A stretch of DNA of 32,000 nucleotides from NCBI GenBank assembly GCA_964514965.1, contig CAZETV010000001.1, forward strand, positions 1 to 32,000, read 5' to 3'. Positions 8,054 to 15,536 of the stretch are shown here, piece after piece. This DNA is from Candidatus Hadarchaeota archaeon. Its GTDB lineage: Archaea; Hadarchaeota; Hadarchaeia; Hadarchaeales; Hadarchaeaceae. Within the stretch, counting starts at the first letter, position 1. Every line of letters begins with the position of its first letter. Under the pieces are notes generated by a model. That model made no database searches, was not told the DNA's origin, and saw only the letters and a program-made list of their open reading frames with translations. A program made the translations under genes and the position numbers.

Positions 8054-10339
8054 TCATGCAAGCCCCGCCAGCTCTACCGAGAACAGGCGAGACACCCCGC
8101 TTTTACCCATCGTGACACCGAACAAACGATCGGCCACAGACATCATCGAATCGTGCAGTGTGACGAGGATGACTTGCGACTCGCGCGAGGATCGGCCGAT
8201 GAGTTCCGCGACCCGACGAAGATTCTGGTCGTCGAGGTGGGCGTCGATTTCATCGAGCACATAGAGAGTGGTGGATCGGAAGCGCTGGAGAGAGAAGATA
8301 AAAGCAAGAGCGGTTAGTGCCTTTTCTCCGCCCGAGAGGGCCCCCACTCTAGTAACCTCCTTGCCTGCTGGTTTAGCCTCAATTTCAAGTCCTCCCTCGA
8401 ATGGGATTTCCTCGTTCTCCAAAATCAGCCCCGCTACACCTCCTGGCGATAGCTCGCTAAAAATCTTGCTGAAGTATTGTGAAATCTCGTTAAAAGTCTG
8501 CATGAACACTTCTTTTTTCTTTTCATCTATTTCTTGCATGAAATCGAGAATTGCCTGTTTCTCTGCGACCAGCTTGTCGTGCTTCATTTTTTCGGAGTTG
8601 TAACGGCGCTCAGCATTTCTGAAATCTTGGATAGCCCGGAAGTTCACAGGACCGAGCGCCTCGAGTTCTGTCTCCAGAGTTCCGACCCTTCGTTCAAGCT
8701 TGACCGGATCGGTATCAAGGGTAATCTCAACCTCTATCTTGGTTTGCTTTAGCTCTCCTTCGATATTTTCGAGTTGGGGCCGCAGCGAGGCCTCCTCGAC
8801 CTTGAATGTCTGTAGTTCGTTACTGAGTTGCTCGATTGGATTCTCTATGTTGCCTGCTTTCTTCTTGAGGCTTTCAACTTTGAGCCGAAGTTTTTCTCTT
8901 TCCTTGCGAAGGGTTCCAACCGATGACCGTTCCTTCTCTTCCAGCGAGGTTACTCTATCGAACTCAATCTGGGTTTCCTGAACTTTTTGTTGTAGCTGTT
9001 TCAGCCTATCATCCAGCTGGGAGCGCATAGCTTCCAAGCTTATTAGACGGTGCTGGAGTTGTGGTCTCGTATCGGGCTCATTTGGTTTGTCAAGCGGTGG
9101 TGCACTCTTGAGAAGCCCTGAAGCTTGCTCGAAATGTTTGGAAAAGTCGCCTAAAATAACACGTAAATCATCCAGGACCCCATGGAGTTCTTGAAGCACT
9201 TTTTCAGTTTCAGCGCTTGATCTGCTAGACTCAAAGGTTTGAGTTAGTGCGTTAAATCTTTCGTAAAGATTTTCGAACTTCGAAGAAAGAGAGGGTATTT
9301 TTTCAAGTGAAGTATCCCTCTCATCTTGAGGGGCAATTTCTTTGATGCGGACGCTAAGATCAACGATTTCTCGCTCTATTCTTGCTCGATCTCCCGTCGT
9401 CGAGTTGAGCATTTCTCCGAACAATTTGAGACGTTCTCGTATTTTTCCCGCCTCCGCAAACATTCCTGTATTCTGTTTTTCCTCTATGAGTTTCTCTATA
9501 TACCCAACTTTTCGATCATAGTTCCCAGCTTCGTCTAGAATTTTTCGACGCTTACCGCGCAGTTCTTGCAGCGCTTCTTCCTTCGCTTTTATTTTCTGCT
9601 GTAACTGCGAAAGTTTTTTCTTGCAATTGGCGCGCCGAACGTTGAGGAGCGCGGCCCGGATACGCCCAAGTTCCTGATTCAACTCTCTATATCTAATGGC
9701 ATCCTCCCGTTCAGATCGGAGTTTTTCCATCTGCACTGAAATCTCGCCGAGGATAGCGTCCATCGAATTGAGATTGGTCTTGACGCGCTGGAGTTCCGAA
9801 AGCGATTTTTGCTTTTTTTCATCGTACTCCGCGACCCCCGCAAGGTCGTCGATGATCGTCCGGCGGTCGACTGGGTCCATCTTTATGAAGCGGTCGACAT
9901 CCCCTTGCATGATGAAGTTGTAACCCCCTGGACTGGACATGGTTTTGGAGAGCATGTCAACGATTTCCTGCCGCGAGGCGCGCTTTCGGTTTATCCGATA
10001 CTCGCATTTGCCGCTGCGGTCCACTTTTCGGGATATTACCACAGCCGTTGAGTTGATGGGCAGCGCACCGTCTTCATTATTGAAATGGAGTAAAACCTCC
10101 GCAGAAGGAGCTGGGCGCTGGCTTTTTGCCCCATTAAAGAGGAAATCAGAAAAGCGCTCGGCGCGCATAAGTTTCGCGCTCATCCCACCCAGCACGAAGC
10201 AGAGCGCATCAACGACATTGCTTTTGCCCGAACCGTTTGGGCCAACAATAGCAGTCAAACCTTTCGAGAGGGGGATGCTTACCTTTGTGTTTCCAAATGA
10301 TTTGAACCCGCGGAGCTCAATCTTGCTTACGTATGACAC
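8054..10339 (-). CDS. smc: SMC-family ATPase, unusually short (761 aa), no recognisable hinge
   Basis: N-head Walker A GPNGSGKSN. C-head signature LSGGEKALTALAF, Walker B LYVLDEIDAHLD, H-loop VTLHD. Central 170-560 is heptad-rich with a Pro-rich break SAPPLDKPNEPDTRPQ (nt 9059-9109). Confidence 0.85.
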   Translation of the reverse strand: MSYVSKIELRGFKSFGNTKVSIPLSKGLTAIVGPNGSGKSNVVDALCFVLGGMSAKLMRAERFSDFLFNGAKSQRPAPSAEVLLHFNNEDGALPINSTAVVISRKVDRSGKCEYRINRKRASRQEIVDMLSKTMSSPGGYNFIMQGDVDRFIKMDPVDRRTIIDDLAGVAEYDEKKQKSLSELQRVKTNLNSMDAILGEISVQMEKLRSEREDAIRYRELNQELGRIRAALLNVRRANCKKKLSQLQQKIKAKEEALQELRGKRRKILDEAGNYDRKVGYIEKLIEEKQNTGMFAEAGKIRERLKLFGEMLNSTTGDRARIEREIVDLSVRIKEIAPQDERDTSLEKIPSLSSKFENLYERFNALTQTFESSRSSAETEKVLQELHGVLDDLRVILGDFSKHFEQASGLLKSAPPLDKPNEPDTRPQLQHRLISLEAMRSQLDDRLKQLQQKVQETQIEFDRVTSLEEKERSSVGTLRKEREKLRLKVESLKKKAGNIENPIEQLSNELQTFKVEEASLRPQLENIEGELKQTKIEVEITLDTDPVKLERRVGTLETELEALGPVNFRAIQDFRNAERRYNSEKMKHDKLVAEKQAILDFMQEIDEKKKEVFMQTFNEISQYFSKIFSELSPGGVAGLILENEEIPFEGGLEIEAKPAGKEVTRVGALSGGEKALTALAFIFSLQRFRSTTLYVLDEIDAHLDDQNLRRVAELIGRSSRESQVILVTLHDSMMSVADRLFGVTMGKSGVSRLFSVELAGLA

Positions 10340-10604
10340 ATTTTCCGCCTTGGGAGGTTATTCACCCCCCGGTCCTCCTCCAACCTCCAAAACTAATTTT
10401 ATTTTCTTTTTGGGGTTAAAAATTTTTCGTTTTTTTAATTTTCGACGATTTCTATGGTAATTTGGTGAGATTAGATAGTTTCGGATTATGCATCTTTTGA
10501 GTTTTCTAGATTCCAAATTTTAAACCTGAGATAATAAGACGGTGATATTACGGCAAAATCCGCAGTTTGTACTTAAAAATTTAAAGTAGCACGGAGTAGT
10601 TATT

Positions 10605-11423
10605 TTGGATTGTATGGTTATCGAAAAGTTTCCTATAGCGAAATTGCCTGGCGTGGCTAGGCTGCGGGCCATGGCAGCGAAGTACTACGAGCAGCAGTTG
10701 TTAGATGAGGTAAAGCAGCGGGGAAACATTCCGCGGCACATAGCGATAATTTTGGATGGTAACCGTCGTTTCGCAAAGAAAGTAGGGTTAAACAAACTGC
10801 AGGGGCACGCTTTGGGGGCTAGAAAGCTCGAAGAGGTGTTGGATTGGTGCCAAGAACTCGGCGTTAAATACATCACAGTTTACGCTTTTTCGACCGAGAA
10901 CTTTAACCGATCGAGCGAAGAGGTAAAAGCGCTTATGGATTTGTTTGCTGAAAAATTCAAAAAAGTGGCTAAGGACGAACGCGTTCATAAGTATAAAATA
11001 CGCGTTCGCGCAATAGGTGATATAACTCACTTACCCGAGCAGGTAAGGAGAGCAATCGAGGAAGCACAGAAAATAACTCAGAGTTACAATGGTTATACCC
11101 TAAATATCGCTGTTGGCTATGGGGGCAGGGCTGAACTCGCCGAGGCGGTCCGGAAGATATGCGAACGCATCAAACGAGGCGAACTCAAACCCAGCGATGT
11201 TAACGAAAGTATCATAAATAACTACCTCTACACCGCTGGCATGCCCGACCCAGATTTGGTCATTCGCACCAGCGGGGAGGAGCGGCTGAGCGGTTTTCTG
11301 CTCTGGCAGTCGGCTTACAGCGAACTCTACTTTTGCGAGGCGAACTGGCCCGAGTTCAACAAGATCGAGTTTCTGCGTGCTGTTCGCACCTACCAAGGGC
11401 GAGAGCGAAGGTTAGGAACATGA
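10605..11423 (+). CDS. uppS: cis-prenyltransferase / undecaprenyl-diphosphate synthase family (UppS)
   Basis: HIAIILDGNRRFA, TVYAFSTENFNRS, IRTSGEERLSGFLLWQSAYSELYF motifs. The start could be TTG 10605 or ATG 10614. Confidence 0.9.
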   Translation: MDCMVIEKFPIAKLPGVARLRAMAAKYYEQQLLDEVKQRGNIPRHIAIILDGNRRFAKKVGLNKLQGHALGARKLEEVLDWCQELGVKYITVYAFSTENFNRSSEEVKALMDLFAEKFKKVAKDERVHKYKIRVRAIGDITHLPEQVRRAIEEAQKITQSYNGYTLNIAVGYGGRAELAEAVRKICERIKRGELKPSDVNESIINNYLYTAGMPDPDLVIRTSGEERLSGFLLWQSAYSELYFCEANWPEFNKIEFLRAVRTYQGRERRLGT

Positions 11424-12211
11424 AGGCTGAAATCGCGATAATTGGCGGGTCTGGCGTTTATTCAATAGGCATACTTGAGAACCCGAGCGCCATCGTTGTG
11501 AGTACCCCATACGGCAACTCGCTTGAAATTGTTATCGGCAAGTTGGGCGGACATCGAGTTGCGTTCTTACCCCGGCACGGTAAGAAACACACTGTGCCAC
11601 CTCACCTCGTTAACTATCGCGCTAACCTTTGGGCACTCCGTGAGCTGGGCGTGAAGCGGGCACTAGCGACAACCGCCTGTGGCTCACTCAACCCCAAGAT
11701 GCGCCCCGGGGAGCTGGCGTTGCTATATCAGTTTATCGATTTCACGAAACGGCGCACCCAGACTTTTTATGAAGGGGGGGAAAAAGGCGTCGCCCACGTC
11801 GATGTCACGGAACCTTACTGCTCCGAGCTAAGGAATATCTTGTTTAAAACAGCCAGAGACCTTAAACTCAAGCTTCACCCTCGCGCGACCTATGGATGCA
11901 CTGAGGGCCCGCGTTTCGAGACGGCGGCGGAAATCAAAGCGCTACGCTACTTGGGCTGCGATCTCGTGGGGATGACGAACGTGCATGAGTGCGTGCTAGC
12001 GCGAGAACTCGAAATCTGTTATGCGGCAGTCGCGGTCGTAACAAACTTCGCGGCAGGCATTTCAAAAACAAAGCTCACCCACACAGAAGTTGCCGGCCTA
12101 ATGAAAGAGAACATAGATCGAGTTCAAAAGCTGATGTTTAAAGCAATCACTAGAATACCCAAAAAGCGCTCGTGTGCATGTGGTCATGCACTTGAGGGGG
12201 CAGTGGTGTAG
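11420..12211 (+). CDS. mtnP: S-methyl-5'-thioadenosine phosphorylase (MTAP)
   Basis: MKAEIAIIGGSGVY...FLPRHG..H..PPH.VNYRAN..AL..LGV, GMTN..E..LARE. The ATG at 11420 overlaps the uppS stop (ATGA). The track ORF has a spurious 29-aa extension. Confidence 0.9.
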   Translation: MKAEIAIIGGSGVYSIGILENPSAIVVSTPYGNSLEIVIGKLGGHRVAFLPRHGKKHTVPPHLVNYRANLWALRELGVKRALATTACGSLNPKMRPGELALLYQFIDFTKRRTQTFYEGGEKGVAHVDVTEPYCSELRNILFKTARDLKLKLHPRATYGCTEGPRFETAAEIKALRYLGCDLVGMTNVHECVLARELEICYAAVAVVTNFAAGISKTKLTHTEVAGLMKENIDRVQKLMFKAITRIPKKRSCACGHALEGAVV

Positions 12212-12213
12212 GT

Positions 12214-12468
12214 CTAACTCTCTCCCTCGTAAAATTCCTCGTAGTACTCTGGGGGCTCGAGCTCGTACTCCCGTTCTGCTGGCTTTTTCTTCTTCTTCGT
12301 CTCGATGATGACGGGAACCTCTTTCGGCTCTTTTCCCTTCTCGCTGATTTTGTAAGCTGCACGTTGCTTTATCTTGCTTTTATAACCGCAACGAGGGCAG
12401 GCCAGTCGCCTTGAACGTCCAATTTTCGTAGGAAAGAGCATACTTCCACACTTTGGGCAAAATTCCAT
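12214..12468 (-). CDS. small Zn-ribbon protein resembling only the N-terminal ribbon and linker of TFS/RpoM (Rpb9 family); Lys-rich then acidic tail
   Basis: MEFCPKCGSMLFP...LACPRCGY followed by KISEKGKEPKEVPVIIE (TFS linker-like). No second Zn ribbon. ATG at 12466-12468 with GGTGA 6 nt upstream. Confidence 0.6.
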   Translation of the reverse strand: MEFCPKCGSMLFPTKIGRSRRLACPRCGYKSKIKQRAAYKISEKGKEPKEVPVIIETKKKKKPAEREYELEPPEYYEEFYEGES

Positions 12469-12509
12469 AAGCGTCACCAACAAGGTTGAATTTTTAGGGG
12501 TAAAACTCC

Positions 12510-12517
12510 TTTATAAA
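12510..12517 (-). promoter_or_regulatory. putative TATA box TTTATAAA (palindromic) for the Zn-ribbon gene
   Basis: Lies 42 nt upstream of the ATG at 12468. It is the only strong AT-rich octamer in the spacer. Confidence 0.4.
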
Positions 12518-12562
12518 CCTATCGCTCTACCTTGGCTTTGTTGAATAAGTCATTTTTCACCC

Positions 12563-12600
12563 CCACTTTTTAAACACGAACCACTTTTTAAACAAAGCCG
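12563..12600. repeat. non-coding element: CCACTTTTTAAACA-cgaa-CCACTTTTTAAACA-AAGCCG
   Basis: Perfect 14-nt direct repeat with an 18-nt period, read directly. Same architecture and 11/14 unit identity as the element at 18-55. Confidence 0.85.
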
Positions 12601-12640
12601 CTCTACCTCAGAGCCGGCACAGGCAAGGAAGAAACTGCTT

Positions 12641-12952
12641 TCACTTAATCTTGGCTGCAACCCGCTCGATACGATCTTTCATCGTCCGAAGCTCATCCAA
12701 ACGCTCGTCTATGCGGAGTGTCGTGACCACGCGCTTGGCGCCAGCATCGATGACGGCCCGGTGCGCAGCTTTCGTGATTCCCAGCGCGGTCTCCAAATCA
12801 GCCTCAAAGACTGTGCTGGCCGGGCAGAGACGGTATTTCACTCCAGACCGCTTGACCTCGCGTAGTGCGGTTGCAATATAATCACTCAAACTCGTGCTCG
12901 AAGTCCCGATCGGCACCACCGAGAGTTCGGCTACCACAAATCTTTTCACCAT
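12641..12952 (-). CDS. MTH1187/YkoF-family (UPF0045) thiamine-binding-like protein
   Basis: 103 aa. AELSVVPIGT.STSLS.Y...A......SG.KY.L.P..T.......A.....KAH.AV...GA.RVVTT.RIDER pattern. Confidence 0.85.
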   Translation of the reverse strand: MVKRFVVAELSVVPIGTSSTSLSDYIATALREVKRSGVKYRLCPASTVFEADLETALGITKAAHRAVIDAGAKRVVTTLRIDERLDELRTMKDRIERVAAKIK

Positions 12953-12989
12953 CTCACCAATTAGCCCTTAATATGTTGACCCAATAAGT

Positions 12990-14450
12990 ATGCGCGGTGA
13001 ACGAGTGTACCTCATATTAGGCTGCGGTGATGTCGGATTTTCGGTGGCGAGCAGGCTCAAGAAGCGGGGCGCGGAGCTGGTGGTGGTTGATAAGGACGTC
13101 AAAAAAATCGAATGGTTCAAGAAGGCGGGTTACAGCGCTTTCGTGGGCGACTTTTGCCTGCCCTATGTGCTCAAAGACGCCGGAATCTCGCGAGCGGAGG
13201 TTATACTTATCATGGTTCCCGATTTCCGCGCCACCAAGCAGGCGCTGGGGGCGATTAACAGCTTGAAAGTAGAGCTGAAGATAGACCCCGTAGTGGTCGC
13301 TCGAGTTATAGACGAGGCTGAGACGACGGAAGTCAAGCGCTTGGGTGCCAGTGATGCTTTGCCATCGTCCCAAATCCTCGCGAACTTTACCCTCAGTAGG
13401 TTTGAGGAGTTGAAAGGGATGGTGAAAGAAAAGCGCCTACGCGCGTTGCTTCGGGGACTCGGGGGGAGGATAGCGATTGTGCTCCAGACAAACCCCGATC
13501 CAGATGGGATTGCGAGTGGTGTGGCATTGAAGCGTTACGCTAAAGCGTTTGGAATAGATGCCGACATCATTTACGATGGAAGTATAGGCCACCAGCAGAA
13601 CCGCGCCTTCGTTAATTTGCTAGATTTGAATCTACTTCGTGCTGAGGAAATCAATTTCAAAGACTATACCGCGTTTGCGCTCGTTGATGTTGCAACCCAC
13701 GCTAACTGCGCCCTCCCAAAAAATATCTTGCCTACAATTGTAATCGACCACCACCCAGTGCCCTCAAGCGAAGTGCAGGCTAGATATCAAGACATCACTA
13801 TCGTCGGATCCACATCAACGCTCTTGACGAATTATCTCAGGTACGCTGCGGTGGAGATTGATGGGGCGACTGCAGATGCGCTTGTGATCGGGATCCTGAC
13901 TGACACAATGAACTTCACCAGGGGAACCACACCTACCGATTTCGACGCCTTCAAATATCTCATGAAGCTGACGGACGTTGAGCTGCTCGGGAAGCTCCAG
14001 TCCCCAGCAATTTCGTCCGAGGCTCTCGACGTGCTCGCGCGCGCCATCAAAGGAAGCAAGCTCAAAGGGGGCTATCTGATAACGAACGTCGGAGAAGTTG
14101 ATGATCGGGACACTCTCCCCCAAGCCGCGGACTTCCTCCTCAAACGCGAGGGGGTGCAGACTGTGTTGGTCTACGGGATATGGAATAACTCAGTCTGCGT
14201 TTCAGCTCGAACGAACGACATAGCCATACATCTCGGGCAGACACTCAGGCAGGCTTTCGGCGAAATCGGCTCGGCTGGGGGGCACGCGCGCATGGCCGGG
14301 GCGATGATTCCCCTTAAATCCATCAAGGCAACGAGCAAGCGGGTTCTTAAGCGCGCAATCGATCGACAGGTGGGTAGAAAGTTTTTCGAGGTGGTTGGGA
14401 TTACCAAGTCGAGCAAGCGGAGAACCGCCAGGTCGAGGAGAAAGCGGTAA
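12990..14450 (+). CDS. TrkA_N (NAD-binding Rossmann) domain fused to a DHH/DHHA1 phosphoesterase (NrnA-like)
   Basis: ILGCGDVGFSVASRLKKRGAELVVVDKD (GxGxxG...D). DHH motifs DPDGIASG, VDVATH, VIDHHP, GILTDTMNF. DHHA1 GGHARMAG. Basic C-terminal tail. Confidence 0.85.
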   Translation: MRGERVYLILGCGDVGFSVASRLKKRGAELVVVDKDVKKIEWFKKAGYSAFVGDFCLPYVLKDAGISRAEVILIMVPDFRATKQALGAINSLKVELKIDPVVVARVIDEAETTEVKRLGASDALPSSQILANFTLSRFEELKGMVKEKRLRALLRGLGGRIAIVLQTNPDPDGIASGVALKRYAKAFGIDADIIYDGSIGHQQNRAFVNLLDLNLLRAEEINFKDYTAFALVDVATHANCALPKNILPTIVIDHHPVPSSEVQARYQDITIVGSTSTLLTNYLRYAAVEIDGATADALVIGILTDTMNFTRGTTPTDFDAFKYLMKLTDVELLGKLQSPAISSEALDVLARAIKGSKLKGGYLITNVGEVDDRDTLPQAADFLLKREGVQTVLVYGIWNNSVCVSARTNDIAIHLGQTLRQAFGEIGSAGGHARMAGAMIPLKSIKATSKRVLKRAIDRQVGRKFFEVVGITKSSKRRTARSRRKR

Positions 14451-14461
14451 TTTTTGTTTGG

Positions 14462-15325
14462 TTGGTGAGGGGCGCTCGTATGCGATATCTGCGGGAGACT
14501 CTTCGCAGTGTGCTCACCCCCAAAGAAATTGAACTCCTCCCTGCGGGCTTCAATCGCATCGGACACATCGCGATTATCTCCTTGCCCCTGCAACTCCTGC
14601 CCAAACAAGATGAAGTTGCGCGGGCTTTGCTTAAACTTAAAGGGATACGGGCCGTCGCGCTGCGGGAAGGCGTGATTTCTGGAAGATACCGCAGGCCGAA
14701 GCTGAAGGTAATCGCTGGCGACCCAGTGACGGAGACTGTGCATAGTGAGAATGGTTGCCTGTTCAAACTCGATGTTGCTCAGGTGATGTTTTCATTGGGC
14801 AACGTTTACGAACGTGCGCGGCTGCCAAAACTCGTCCAACCGAGTGAGACCGTCGTTGATTTGTTTGCAGGGGTTGGGCAATTCAGCATCCCAATCGCTA
14901 AAAACGCTAGGCCGAGCCAAGTTTACGCAATCGAACTTAATCCAATCGCCTATGGTTACCTGCGCGAGAATATCAGGCTGAACCGAGTTGGGCATATCGT
15001 AAAACCATTGCTGGGCGATTGCTCGGTGGTAGCTCCTCGTGGTGTCGCGGATCGGGTGGTGCTTGGCATTCTGCACGTGACCCATCAGTATCTCCCGATT
15101 TCGCTCGAGGTACTCAAACCTAGCGGAGGTGTCATCCACTATCATGAAAGTGTGCCTTCAGAACTGCGGTTCGAGCGGCCGGTCAAACGCGTGTTCGACG
15201 CAGCGGCTGGGCGAAAGGTTGAAAGTTTGGACAAGCGCGTCGTCAAGCGTTATGCGCCCGGAGTTGACCATATTGTCGTTGATGCAAGAATAGGGAAAGC
15301 GAGTAGTAAAAATATCCTGTATTAA
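14462..15325 (+). CDS. trm5: tRNA (guanine(37)-N1)-methyltransferase Trm5/Taw22 (Met-10+ family)
   Basis: FNRIGHIAII, KLDVAQVMFS.GN..ER.R, VVDLFAGVGQFSIPIAK, AIELNP.A...L..N..LN motifs. The start is TTG 14462 or ATG 14480. Confidence 0.8.
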   Translation: MVRGARMRYLRETLRSVLTPKEIELLPAGFNRIGHIAIISLPLQLLPKQDEVARALLKLKGIRAVALREGVISGRYRRPKLKVIAGDPVTETVHSENGCLFKLDVAQVMFSLGNVYERARLPKLVQPSETVVDLFAGVGQFSIPIAKNARPSQVYAIELNPIAYGYLRENIRLNRVGHIVKPLLGDCSVVAPRGVADRVVLGILHVTHQYLPISLEVLKPSGGVIHYHESVPSELRFERPVKRVFDAAAGRKVESLDKRVVKRYAPGVDHIVVDARIGKASSKNILY

Positions 15326-15536
15326 AATTCTGGTGTCCTATTTGTGATCTTCTTTCCCGCTCTAGCAATAGGCTTCCACAGTTCTCGTGTGATAAGTTCT
15401 TCGTCGAGATGCAAGTTTGATCTCGCTACCGGAAGCTTGCGAGGTTTATTGTTCCCGAACTCTAGACGCACAGCACCTCTTTTTTGCTGGGAAATTTTGC
15501 CCCAGAAAAAGCGGTATAAATTGAAGATTCTAAAGT

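Noticed and set aside
8043-10460. Series of plus-strand ORFs antisense to smc (e.g. 8268-8603, 9939-10460), and similar antisense ORFs opposite MinD, TFB, EPSPS-like, ThiDN and MtaB
   Set aside because: In each case the opposite strand carries a long ORF with unambiguous family motifs. The antisense ORFs are Ser/Arg/Leu-rich, as expected for shadows.
10340-10604. 265-bp AT-rich spacer between smc and uppS, considered as a replication origin
   Set aside because: No ORB or mini-ORB-like repeats, no adjacent cdc6/orc1, and only short low-complexity T/A runs. It is most simply a divergent promoter region.
12530-12541. 11-nt match CTTGGCTTTGT shared between the 12.5-kb spacer and the rps17e upstream region (about 28373-28383)
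   Set aside because: By rough estimate, hundreds of 11-mer coincidences are expected in a 32-kb window on both strands. There is no extended similarity around it.
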